The position numbers and the translations under genes were made by a program. A stretch of DNA of 64,000 nt, from NCBI GenBank assembly GCA_040386535.1, contig JAZKFH010000030.1:34816-98815 (forward strand), written 5' to 3'. This DNA comes from Myxococcota bacterium. GTDB taxonomy: Bacteria > Myxococcota_A > UBA796 > SXON01. The notes beneath the pieces are model-generated. The model worked only from the letters and a program-made list of their open reading frames with translations, did not search any database and was not told where the DNA came from. Numbering within the stretch: the first letter of the stretch is position 1; each line of letters begins with the position of its first letter. Shown piece by piece: positions 29,996-38,962 of the stretch.

Positions 29996-31213
29996 TCAGC
30001 GAGCCTCACAGAAGCCGGAGCGGCAGACGTCCGTGCCGGAGCACGGGGTGGCCTCGTCACACACGTCGCACGAGCTCGCGCCGGTGGTGGAGTAGTCGAA
30101 GTAGCAACCGCAGGGCTCTTCCGGAGCGTGGGCGTACAGGGGGCCGACATCCCCGTCCCGCTGGACCTCCATCGCGCACTGGGGGATGTTCTTGTTGAGG
30201 ATCGCCGTCTCGGTGATCGTCTGGATCGTCCCCGCGGGTTGGACGGCCCCGGAGAAGTAGTCCAGGAGCGCCTGAACGCTCTCGTCCGCGGCCATGCCGG
30301 TCGTGGTGTCACCGTGCGCGTAGAGGAAGCCCGGCATCCACAGGGGATAGTGGCCGTCGCGCACGTTCCGCTTGTCGTAGGAGGTGGCGCTCGAGTCGGG
30401 CCAATACGCCACGTTCTGCCCAGGGGCCTTCCACGCGAGCGTGTTCACGCTGTCACGATTGGCGTCCGCCACGTCGGCGCTGGCGAAACCAATGCCCTGC
30501 TCGGGCTGGGCGAGCGCCGCGAGCAACGCGACCGAGTTTGCGTTGGTGCCGGCGTCGGTGCCGTAGAAGCTCGTGCCCGGCAAGCCGCTGGCAAGCGCCA
30601 GGATCTGCTGGGCGGCGGAGTTTTCGTCCCGTCGGACGTAGTAGCTGAGGTCCGCGTTGTTCCACGGGGCGATGTCGGCGGCCGGCCCGAAACCGAACAC
30701 GAGGTAGAACGCCTCGGCGCTGATGGCCTGCTGGGTGGAGGCCTCGGGGACGAGCACGCTCATCGCCGAGATCGGCCCGGTGGCGGTGACGATGCCTTCG
30801 ACGAGGGAGGCGTCGGTGATGAGCGGGCACGCGAACGGCGTCACGATCATGCTCGCGAAGTCGACCGGCGCGCCCGACAACGGCAGATCGCAGGAGGCCC
30901 GCGAGCCGGTGGTCGAGTCCCAGTAGTAGGCGGTGCCCGTGATGTTCGGGTCGGCCGTGCCGGCCAGCGCGTTGATGCCCGAGCAGGCGCCGCCGTTGTC
31001 CTTGTAGACGAGGAAGACGGGGTTCTCCCCGTTCTGGAGGACCACGGAGGCCCGGCCGAGCAGGTCGCGTTGGGCGCTGCCGCCGGCGCCGTAGAGGGTG
31101 GGCGCGCCGCCGGACACGTCGGCGCAGTCGATCGCGTGGGCGGGGAAGGGGAGGAGGAGCGCGAGCGTGGCGCCCGCGAGCACCCCTCGGCATCGAGCCG
31201 ACAATTCGTACAC
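29996..31213 (-). CDS. Secreted periplasmic-binding-protein-like (PstS/PBP fold-like) Cys-containing protein
   Basis: Signal peptide ending AHA; LYGAGGSA, VRRDENSAAQ, GIGF, NVRDGHYPLW motifs; Cys-rich C-terminus. Confidence 0.6.
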   Translation of the reverse strand: MYELSARCRGVLAGATLALLLPFPAHAIDCADVSGGAPTLYGAGGSAQRDLLGRASVVLQNGENPVFLVYKDNGGACSGINALAGTADPNITGTAYYWDSTTGSRASCDLPLSGAPVDFASMIVTPFACPLITDASLVEGIVTATGPISAMSVLVPEASTQQAISAEAFYLVFGFGPAADIAPWNNADLSYYVRRDENSAAQQILALASGLPGTSFYGTDAGTNANSVALLAALAQPEQGIGFASADVADANRDSVNTLAWKAPGQNVAYWPDSSATSYDKRNVRDGHYPLWMPGFLYAHGDTTTGMAADESVQALLDYFSGAVQPAGTIQTITETAILNKNIPQCAMEVQRDGDVGPLYAHAPEEPCGCYFDYSTTGASSCDVCDEATPCSGTDVCRSGFCEAR

Positions 31214-31273
31214 AGAAGACTCCGTTGGTTTGTGTCGCGCGCCAGGGCGGGCGGCGATCCGCTGCCGGGCCTG

Positions 31274-31289
31274 TGCAATCACTGTGCCG
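31274..31289 (-). promoter_or_regulatory. Putative sigma54 promoter for the PBP-like gene
   Basis: Minus strand CGGCAC-AGTGA-TTGCA. Confidence 0.65.
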
Positions 31290-31544
31290 TTCCAGCCAAC
31301 CTCGCCTTTCTGGCAAGTCCGTCGAACAGAGCCGTCGGCCTTCCCGGGCAGCCGTGTCGGGTCACGGGTGAGTAGCGCCGGCCATTGGTGCCGCGGATCA
31401 GCGGGCCCGACGCGTCGGCGATCAGCTTGCGGTTGGCCGCGACGAGCGCGCCGTCCTGCTACTCCGCGTGCGGCGTCGAGGTCGCCCGTGGCATCACACC
31501 CAGCGCCGCTGGCGACGCGGCTGGGCGCGGGCGTTCACCGATCG

Positions 31545-32066
31545 TCAGGCCGGCGGGGACAGGTAGCCGGCCACGCCCGCAAGCGCGTCTCGGCTCGCCT
31601 CCCACCGGACGCGCTCCCCGGCGAACGCCACCAGCGCGCCCGCGAACCTCTGCCATGCTTCAGGCAGCTGGGAGATCTCCCCCTCGATCGCCTCCCGGCC
31701 GAGCGCGGAGGCGCGCACCAGGGTGACGGGCATGCCGTCGATGGTCAATCCTTCGGGCCGCGAAGCCGGAAGCGCGAGAGCGCCGAGCGTGTGGGCCAGC
31801 TCTTCCAGGTCGGCAGCCGACAGCTCGATGCGCTCGTCGGCGATGGCGGGCTCGACCCAGGCGCGCGAGGGATCGGCGCCCGCCTGTTGGAGCCACGCCC
31901 AGATCTGGCGCTGGGGACTCACGACGCGTAGCGGCCCGCTGTCGACCACCTCGATCAGGCACTCGACCGAGAACGACGGCCGAAGGCACGCCCGCCAGGC
32001 CCGCCCACCGGGGAGCGGTTCCGCTCCCAGGAGCCGGGTGAGCTCGGCCGCGTATCGATCCCGCAT
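31545..32066 (-). CDS. Hypothetical protein
   Basis: ORF directly abutting the upstream gene's stop; plausible codon usage; no recognised motif. Confidence 0.6.
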   Translation of the reverse strand: MRDRYAAELTRLLGAEPLPGGRAWRACLRPSFSVECLIEVVDSGPLRVVSPQRQIWAWLQQAGADPSRAWVEPAIADERIELSAADLEELAHTLGALALPASRPEGLTIDGMPVTLVRASALGREAIEGEISQLPEAWQRFAGALVAFAGERVRWEASRDALAGVAGYLSPPA

Positions 32067-33080
32067 CTACTCCACCTCACACCGCGGCACGTTCCCCTCG
32101 CGCTCGAGGAGGCGCACACACTCCACTTCTCCGCTCACGTCGCCCCACGCGGTCGGGACCCGCACCCGGACGCGGCGCCCCTCCACGGACACGCGGGGGA
32201 GCCGCACGTCACGAAGGGTGCGGCCGAACGGGGCCGTCGCGTCACTCCCGTGGAGGAACGCCCCTTTCGCGATCTCGACGAGCGACCCGGTGAGCGGTGG
32301 GCTCCCGCTGCCGCCGCCGAAGCCCACCCCGTAGCCGGGGACGTCGCGCACCGCGTCGACCGGGACCCACCCGCGCGCATGTGCGGCCGTCGTGCGCACC
32401 TCGATCGGTCGCCAGGTCCCGCGCGCCGGCCCCGCCGCGAAGAGCAGCAGCGTGGTGTCGGCGCGCAGGGTCGCCAGGACGTCGCCCTCCGGCGCGTCGC
32501 GGAGCGAGACGGAGGCACCGCCGTCTGTCGTGTCGACGAGGGCGAGATCGGCGAACCGGCCGTCCATCGGCCACCGTGTGACCCGCCAGAGCGCGCCCAA
32601 CGACGCGGCGGGCACCCACCCGTCGAGCGTGAGCCCCTCGTCACTCCAGGCGACCCGCAGGTCGCCCTTCGCCTTCGCGCCGAGCGTGACCGGCGTGCCG
32701 CCCGCGAGCGCCACCCCGCCGTCGGTGGGCGCCTTGCCGGCCTGCCCGCGGACGGGGGCGCGATCGTCTGGACGAAGCGCCAGGTCTTCGCGGCGAACCC
32801 CGACGACCACGCGCACGCCGCGATCCTCGTGCGCGACACGGACGACGGAGCCCTCGTCGGACACGACGATGGTGTCGAACGGCTGGGTGTCTCCGGGGGA
32901 GAACGTTCGTTTTCCCGGGTTCAGCTCGAACGGACCGATGGACGCCACGGTCGCCCGCCATGGGGTGTCGGCCGCGGGGGACGCCGCGGACAACGCGCCT
33001 GCGATTCGCGCGGCGGGCGTGGGAGCGTCGGGCCAGGATGCGGCGCTGGCGGCGGCGGCGAGGAGGAGGAGGAGAGTCAT
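32067..33080 (-). CDS. Hypothetical secreted protein with SH3-like repeats
   Basis: Signal peptide; repeated GWVP motifs. Confidence 0.6.
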   Translation of the reverse strand: MTLLLLLAAAASAASWPDAPTPAARIAGALSAASPAADTPWRATVASIGPFELNPGKRTFSPGDTQPFDTIVVSDEGSVVRVAHEDRGVRVVVGVRREDLALRPDDRAPVRGQAGKAPTDGGVALAGGTPVTLGAKAKGDLRVAWSDEGLTLDGWVPAASLGALWRVTRWPMDGRFADLALVDTTDGGASVSLRDAPEGDVLATLRADTTLLLFAAGPARGTWRPIEVRTTAAHARGWVPVDAVRDVPGYGVGFGGGSGSPPLTGSLVEIAKGAFLHGSDATAPFGRTLRDVRLPRVSVEGRRVRVRVPTAWGDVSGEVECVRLLEREGNVPRCEVE

Positions 33081-33173
33081 CGGAGAATGGTACGCCGCCT
33101 CGTCCGTGCCGCGCTACGGGTCGATCCGTGGCAGGACGGCCATGAAGACGATTCGCCGCCCACCCGAGGCAAC

Positions 33174-34016
33174 ATGAGCATCCTCTCGCTTCCGATCTAC
33201 GACCGCGTGACCAGGGCCAACGTGGACGCGCTTCTCCAAGGAGAGGCGCTGGCCATCTGGATCAGAGGATTCATCGGGGTCGATCATTGTGATCACATCT
33301 ACGAGCAGGTTCGGATGGCGCCGCTCGAGCCGCTCCTCGTCCACTACACGCGGGAGGACGGCACCGCCGACTATCACACCCACGCGAATGTCCTCCGTGT
33401 GAGCGACGACCACCAGCTGGACGGATATTTCGAGTTGCTCGGCGCCGCAGGTGCGCCCGACGCACAGCAGGAGGCGGTCCAGGCGATCATGAAGGAATAT
33501 CTGTCCAGCGTGGACAAGGCGAACGACACGAACAATCGCCTGTGCGCCCCCTATCGCCGGCCCTGCGATGTCCTGTTCGACCACCTCGACGATACCTGCG
33601 GGATCAAGGTCGCCGAGTACAACGGCATCAAGATGAAGTTCGGCACCTTCTTGCTGAACGAGAAATCCCCGGACTTCGACAACCCGGCCACGATCCCCAT
33701 CCATGTCGACAGCGTGCCGTCGCTCCTGTTTCCGCGGCTCCAGGCGCAGCTCGGCGCGATGGTGTATTGTCGCGTTCCCAACGTGGGCGGCGAGCTCCGC
33801 GTGTATGACCATCCGCTGATCCCGCGCGATGCGCCGATGCCGCCCTACCTCGATCATTCGTACGCATATCGCTCCCTGAAGCCCTGCACTGGGGACGCGA
33901 TCCTCATCAATTCGCGCCGTCCGCACGCGGTCCTACCCGGCAAGGATGACGATCGCCTCGCCAACATCATGTTCATCGGCTCGGACGGAAGTCGTCCGTT
34001 GAGCATCTGGACGTAG
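33174..34016 (+). CDS. 2OG-Fe(II) oxygenase
   Basis: GAGG RBS; HVD...GGEL...GDAILINSRRPHAV...R facial triad and 2OG-binding Arg. Confidence 0.8.
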   Translation: MSILSLPIYDRVTRANVDALLQGEALAIWIRGFIGVDHCDHIYEQVRMAPLEPLLVHYTREDGTADYHTHANVLRVSDDHQLDGYFELLGAAGAPDAQQEAVQAIMKEYLSSVDKANDTNNRLCAPYRRPCDVLFDHLDDTCGIKVAEYNGIKMKFGTFLLNEKSPDFDNPATIPIHVDSVPSLLFPRLQAQLGAMVYCRVPNVGGELRVYDHPLIPRDAPMPPYLDHSYAYRSLKPCTGDAILINSRRPHAVLPGKDDDRLANIMFIGSDGSRPLSIWT

Positions 34017-34029
34017 GGCGAGCCTGGAG

Positions 34030-35019
34030 ATGAGCTTCCCAGGCCATGAACGCCGCGCTGTGGCCCTGCTGGCGCTGACCGCATTCTTGTGGGCAATCAG
34101 CTTTCCGCTCATCCGGGTGTTGTCGCTCGCCCAGCACCAGCACTCGCCGGAGATCAGCAGCTGGTTCGTCAGCAGCGTGATCGTGACCTCCCGGTTTCTG
34201 CTCGGGGGATTGGTCGTCGCGCTGCTGAGCCCGCGCAGCCTGCAGGCCATCACCCGGTCCGAATGGTCACAAGGGCTCGGGCTCGGCCTCCTCTGCGGGA
34301 TCAGCATCCTGTGGCAGGTCGACGGCCTGTCCTACAGTCCGGCCTCGGTATCGGCGTTCATCACCCAAGGCTACTGTGTCTGGATTCCCATCTACGTCTG
34401 TCTGCGGAGCAGGCGTGTGCCATCGGGCGACCTGCTGATCTCCACCGGCCTCGTCGTAGCCGGGATCTTTCTCCTCTCGGGCGCGAGCTTCGACTCCCTC
34501 CACCTGGGCCGCGGTGAGCTCGAAACCCTGTTGGCTTCGTTGTTTTGCGCGGCCCAGATCCTCTGGTTGGAGAGGCCCCGATTCGAGGACAATCGCAGCC
34601 TCACCATCACGGTGATCATGTTCTTCGCCGCGGGGCTGGTGGCGGCGCCGGTCGCGCTGGTCTCGTCCGGCGGGCCCGGGGCGTGGACCCAACTCCTCCA
34701 GCTTCCGCACCTGACGGAGCTGATGGTTGTCTTGACGCTCGTCTGCACCGTCGCGCCGTTCCTGCTGATGAACCAATTCCAGAAGTTCGTCACCGCGACC
34801 GAAGCAGGGCTCATCTACTGTTGTGAGCCGATCTTCGCGAGCCTCCTGGCGCTCTTCCTTCCGGGCATCCTGGCGGGCTGGATGGGCACCCACTACCCGA
34901 ATGAGACGCCGACGGCGCCGCTCCTCCTCGGGGGCGGCTTGATCACGGCCGCGAACATCTGGATTCAGGTCCGGAAAGGAAGCTCGCCGGTGAGAGCCGC
35001 CAACGTCGGCCCGGCATGA
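34030..35019 (+). CDS. DMT/EamA-family transporter
   Basis: LWAISFP..RF, about 10 TM segments, AGLIYCCEPIFA. Confidence 0.9.
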   Translation: MSFPGHERRAVALLALTAFLWAISFPLIRVLSLAQHQHSPEISSWFVSSVIVTSRFLLGGLVVALLSPRSLQAITRSEWSQGLGLGLLCGISILWQVDGLSYSPASVSAFITQGYCVWIPIYVCLRSRRVPSGDLLISTGLVVAGIFLLSGASFDSLHLGRGELETLLASLFCAAQILWLERPRFEDNRSLTITVIMFFAAGLVAAPVALVSSGGPGAWTQLLQLPHLTELMVVLTLVCTVAPFLLMNQFQKFVTATEAGLIYCCEPIFASLLALFLPGILAGWMGTHYPNETPTAPLLLGGGLITAANIWIQVRKGSSPVRAANVGPA

Positions 35020-35022
35020 GGA

Positions 35023-36465
35023 TCATCCCTCTTCGCGCGTCTCTTCGAGCGTCTGTCCCTCGGCCTCGCGGCGCATCGCCTCCCAGAGCATCTCGACCTG
35101 CTTGCGCTCGGTCGGGTATGACCCGATGGACAGGCGCACCATCCAGCGCCCATCGAGCTTGGCTGGAGTGACATAGGCCTCGCCGCTGCCGTTCAATCGT
35201 TCTCCCCAGGCGAGCGTGTGGGCCTCGAGCGCCTCCGCGTCCATTCCGGGCGGTTCGTGGCGCACACACACCGTCTGGAGCACCACCGGGGCGAGCACGT
35301 GCCAATTCGCGCGCGCCCGAACCTGCTCGGCGAGCCACTGGGCGTTCTCGATGTCGCGCCGCAGTCGCTTCTGGATTCCGGAGACACCCTCTTCGCGCAG
35401 CAGGAACCACAGCTTGAGCGATCGAAAGCGTCGCCCGAGCGGGATCCCCCAGTCGCGGAGGTTGGTGACCTGATCGTCCACGCTGCTCTGGAGGTAGCTG
35501 GGATTGGTGCTCATGACGCGGATGAGGTGCTCGGTGTCACGCACGTAGTAGAGCGAGCAATCGAACGCGGCGCCCAGCCACTTGTGCGCGTTGATCACAA
35601 TCGAATCCGCGCCTTCGATGCCGCGCCACATCCAGCGGCACTCGGGCAGGATCATCGCCGACCCCGCCATTGCGGCATCGACGTGGAGCCAGGCACCGTG
35701 GCGGCGCGCGATCTGCACGACATCGTCGATCGGATCGAGCGCGGTGGTCGTGGTGGTGCCGGTCGTCGCGACGATCATGCAGGGGACCGAACCGGCGGCG
35801 ATGTCCGCCCGGATCGCGGCGTCGAGCGCGTCGGCGCGCATCGCGTGGCGCTCGTCCACCGGGATGATGCGGAGGTTGTCACGACCGAACCCCGCGAGCA
35901 GGGCCGCCTTCTCGACGGAGCTGTGGCCGTGCACGGACGTGTAGACGATGAGGCGCTTGTCGCTGCCCTGCAGGCCGCCTCCCGCCAACGAATACCCGCT
36001 GCTCCGCTCCCGGGCGCAGATCAGCGCGACGAGCGTGCTGCTCGACGCGGTGTCCTGGATGACACCGTGGAACGTGTCCGGCAGGCCGAACATCTGCCGC
36101 GTCCAGTCGCAGACCACCTCCTCGAGCTCGGTCAACGCCGGGCTGGATTGCCAGGACAGTCCCAGAACGCCGAGCCCGCTGCTCAGAAAGTCTCCGAGGA
36201 TCGAGGCGGGGGATGTGGCCGACGGGAAGTAGCCGAAGAACGAGGGGTGCTGCCAATGCGAGAGCCCCGGCAGGATCACCTTGTCGACGTCCCGCAGCAC
36301 GCCCTCGAACGCTTCGGGCTCGTTGGGCGGGGCGGCCGGCAACTGGGCGCGGACGTCCCCGGGCGCCACCGGCGACATGACGGGGAGGCTCGAAATCTGC
36401 GCGCGGTAGTCGGCGATCCAGTCGATCAGGATGTGGCCGAAGTGGCGGAACTGCTCGGGAGTCAT
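35023..36465 (-). CDS. PLP-dependent aromatic L-amino acid decarboxylase (group II, DDC-like)
   Basis: MTPEQFR..G..LIDWIADY, HWQHPSFFGYFP, HSSVEKA, HVDAA, NAHKW, NPSYL, GRRFRSLKLW. Confidence 0.93.
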   Translation of the reverse strand: MTPEQFRHFGHILIDWIADYRAQISSLPVMSPVAPGDVRAQLPAAPPNEPEAFEGVLRDVDKVILPGLSHWQHPSFFGYFPSATSPASILGDFLSSGLGVLGLSWQSSPALTELEEVVCDWTRQMFGLPDTFHGVIQDTASSSTLVALICARERSSGYSLAGGGLQGSDKRLIVYTSVHGHSSVEKAALLAGFGRDNLRIIPVDERHAMRADALDAAIRADIAAGSVPCMIVATTGTTTTTALDPIDDVVQIARRHGAWLHVDAAMAGSAMILPECRWMWRGIEGADSIVINAHKWLGAAFDCSLYYVRDTEHLIRVMSTNPSYLQSSVDDQVTNLRDWGIPLGRRFRSLKLWFLLREEGVSGIQKRLRRDIENAQWLAEQVRARANWHVLAPVVLQTVCVRHEPPGMDAEALEAHTLAWGERLNGSGEAYVTPAKLDGRWMVRLSIGSYPTERKQVEMLWEAMRREAEGQTLEETREEG

Positions 36466-36485
36466 CGGGGACCTCGGGGGGCCGT

Positions 36486-37358
36486 CTATAGCGCTTCGAG
36501 CCAGGCCATCACGTCCCGGGCCAGCGTTTCGAAGCTCGGGGCGACGAACAACCGATCCTGGGGCCGCGTGGGAGCTACCTCGGTCGCCGCCATCACGTCG
36601 AGGTCGAACGGCAGCAGATCGACGCCCTGCTCGATCCGCTCGAGCTCCTTGTACGACGAGAGCAGCGCCTGCCCCAGGACCTTTACCCTGCCGTGCTCTT
36701 GCACCAGCCCGGCCTCCAAGGTGTACCAGCAGACGTTGGAGATGCGTTGCAGCGTAACGTCATTCGCAATGTCGGCCGCCTTGCCGAAGCGGCGACTCAA
36801 TTCCGCGATGATGGGATGCGAGAGGGCCGGCGCGTGGCCGAGCAGCTCGTGGATGACATCGGGCTCCGGCGTGAACTCCGGGATGCTGTGGTGCCGCACA
36901 TACTGCGTGGACAGGAAGATCCGACGACCGAGCAGGCTCATGAACGTGCGCGAGGAGGCGAACCCCAGCACCGGGATCATGCGAAAGCCGGTCGTGAGGG
37001 CGAGTTGTTGGTTGACATCCGCGAGCTGCGGAATGGAGGTGCGGCTGAAGCCGAGGCTCGCGAGGCCGTCGAGGTACGGCCGGCAGGCCAGCCGTTCGTG
37101 GTAGGGCTGGACATGATTCCAGACGTTCGCCCACACGGTGTGCTCCAGGTCGGTGTACGTGACGCGCGGAACGGGCTGATTGTCGACATACGACAATGCA
37201 ATCGCCGCGATCTCCCGGCGGCGGTCGAGATAGAGGGCATCGTGGTCGCCAGGGTTGCTGAAGTCGTATCCAGACGCCAGATCGTTCGCGATCGCTGCGT
37301 ATTCGTAGCTCCGCGGGGCACCAACTGTTGCCGCGGGAGTGTCCACGTTGTCGTGCAT
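36486..37358 (-). CDS. phhA: Biopterin-dependent aromatic amino acid hydroxylase (PAH-like, animal-type catalytic domain, divergent active site)
   Basis: IPQLADVN, TGFR, STQYVRH..FTPEPDVIHELLGH, WYTLEAGL, LLSS..EL. Confidence 0.88.
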   Translation of the reverse strand: MHDNVDTPAATVGAPRSYEYAAIANDLASGYDFSNPGDHDALYLDRRREIAAIALSYVDNQPVPRVTYTDLEHTVWANVWNHVQPYHERLACRPYLDGLASLGFSRTSIPQLADVNQQLALTTGFRMIPVLGFASSRTFMSLLGRRIFLSTQYVRHHSIPEFTPEPDVIHELLGHAPALSHPIIAELSRRFGKAADIANDVTLQRISNVCWYTLEAGLVQEHGRVKVLGQALLSSYKELERIEQGVDLLPFDLDVMAATEVAPTRPQDRLFVAPSFETLARDVMAWLEAL

Positions 37359-37489
37359 GGTGTGTCTTTGAATCCTGGACGGTAGGGGGCGTGTGACTGG
37401 CAAGGCGCAGCGTCGGTCTCGCCACGTCGCAACCATTCCACGTCCGCCGCCGCATCGCACTTGCACGCCATTGCAGGCGAGCGCGGCCC

Positions 37490-38956
37490 CTACACCAACA
37501 GTCCGCGCCTGAGACGCTCCGCGCGTCCCTCCGCCCGCCGCGACAGCTCGTGCTCCGTGAGCGTCGCGAGCTCGGCGTCTCCGTCGGCCCCGTCGAGGGT
37601 GGCAAGGTGGCGCTGGAGGTCGTACTCGAGCTCGCTCGTGGCTTCGCCCGCGAGGTGCACGCCCACCTCGGCGGGCGGGGGCGGTGGCTCGAGGCGGGCC
37701 GGCCCGGGGGTGTAGGTGTCGCACAACGCGTCGGCGAGGCTGTCGGCGAGCGCATCGCGGCGGGAGAGGGGCGCGAGCCCGAAGCGGTGCTCGAGAAAGG
37801 CGAGCACCGACGTATGGTCACACACCTGGGAATACGCACCCCGGCGGATCCAGGGGGAGATGAGCAGCGCGGGGACGCGGCCGCCGTAGCGCTCCATCGA
37901 GCCGGGGCGCAGGATCCCGCTGGGGCGGGCGCTGCGCGGGTGCGGCGCATCGGGCGCGGGGACGTGGTCGTAGTAGCCGCCGTTCTCGTCGTACAACACG
38001 ATGAGGAGGGTACGGCGCCACACGGCCTCGTCGGCGCGCAGCGTGTTGTAGAGGTCGGCGAGCAGCCGCTGGCCCCACACCTTGTGTTTGCCGTGGTGGT
38101 CGTTGTTGGACTGTCGGGTACCGACGTTCAGGTGGCGGGGCTCGATGAAGGTGTACGCCGGGAGCGGGACCGGGGTCGTGTCGATGCCACACGCCGCGAG
38201 GTGGGCCAGCTGGGCGGGATCGTCGGTCAGCGGGCGCGCCCGCGACACGTCGCACGCGAACCGGTCATAGGCGCGAAGCGGGCTCGCCTCCTCTGGTGAG
38301 ACTCCGCGGCGCCGGCGCGCCTTCGCCGTGCGCGTGATCTCGCCGAGCACCGCGCCGCTCGTGTAGATACAAGCCGGCCCGTCGACGTAGATACGCCAAT
38401 CCAGACCGGCCTCGGACAGCCGTCCGAAGATGGTGGGGCGCCTCCCAATCTGGGGCAGCGGCAAGGCGCCCGTCGGAGAGGTTCCCATGTGGAGGAAGTA
38501 GCGGTTCGGCCATGTGTTGGACGCGATGGACGCGAACCAGCGATCGGCGACGGCAAAGTTGAGGGCGAGGTCCCGGGTGACCGGGAGGTCGTCCTTGTGG
38601 TGGTAGCGCATCACCTCGCGGACGAGCTCGGCCGCGGCCTCGGGCGTCCGGGTTCGCTTGCGCGCGTAGTCCGCTTGCACCGAGGCATACCCCTCGTTCG
38701 CGACGCCGCCTCGCGGCCACAATTGCGCCCACATGTCCAGGAACTGGTGGGGCGCGCCCGGGGGGATCATGTTCGCGCCCGGCTCGGCGAAGATCCGCTC
38801 TCCCGCTGCATAGAGGGGGCCGCTGATCGGATTGGAGAAGCCGGGCCCGATGCCGTCCACACCGTGTTCTTCAGGGGTCATCCACCCCAGCACGCGATCG
38901 AAGGAGTTGTTCTCCTGCATGAGGACGACGACGTGATCGATGTGCTTCATGCTCAT
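37490..38956 (-). CDS. Phosphoesterase / non-specific phospholipase C family (alkaline phosphatase superfamily)
   Basis: HVVVLMQENNSFD, DRWFAS..TWPNR, YDENGGYYDHV, GGRVPALLISPW, DHTS. Confidence 0.9.
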   Translation of the reverse strand: MSMKHIDHVVVLMQENNSFDRVLGWMTPEEHGVDGIGPGFSNPISGPLYAAGERIFAEPGANMIPPGAPHQFLDMWAQLWPRGGVANEGYASVQADYARKRTRTPEAAAELVREVMRYHHKDDLPVTRDLALNFAVADRWFASIASNTWPNRYFLHMGTSPTGALPLPQIGRRPTIFGRLSEAGLDWRIYVDGPACIYTSGAVLGEITRTAKARRRRGVSPEEASPLRAYDRFACDVSRARPLTDDPAQLAHLAACGIDTTPVPLPAYTFIEPRHLNVGTRQSNNDHHGKHKVWGQRLLADLYNTLRADEAVWRRTLLIVLYDENGGYYDHVPAPDAPHPRSARPSGILRPGSMERYGGRVPALLISPWIRRGAYSQVCDHTSVLAFLEHRFGLAPLSRRDALADSLADALCDTYTPGPARLEPPPPPAEVGVHLAGEATSELEYDLQRHLATLDGADGDAELATLTEHELSRRAEGRAERLRRGLLV

Positions 38957-38962
38957 GGTCGC

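Noticed and set aside
33174..34016. 2OG-dependent halogenase
   Set aside because: The HxD carboxylate is retained (HVD); halogenases have Ala or Gly at that position.
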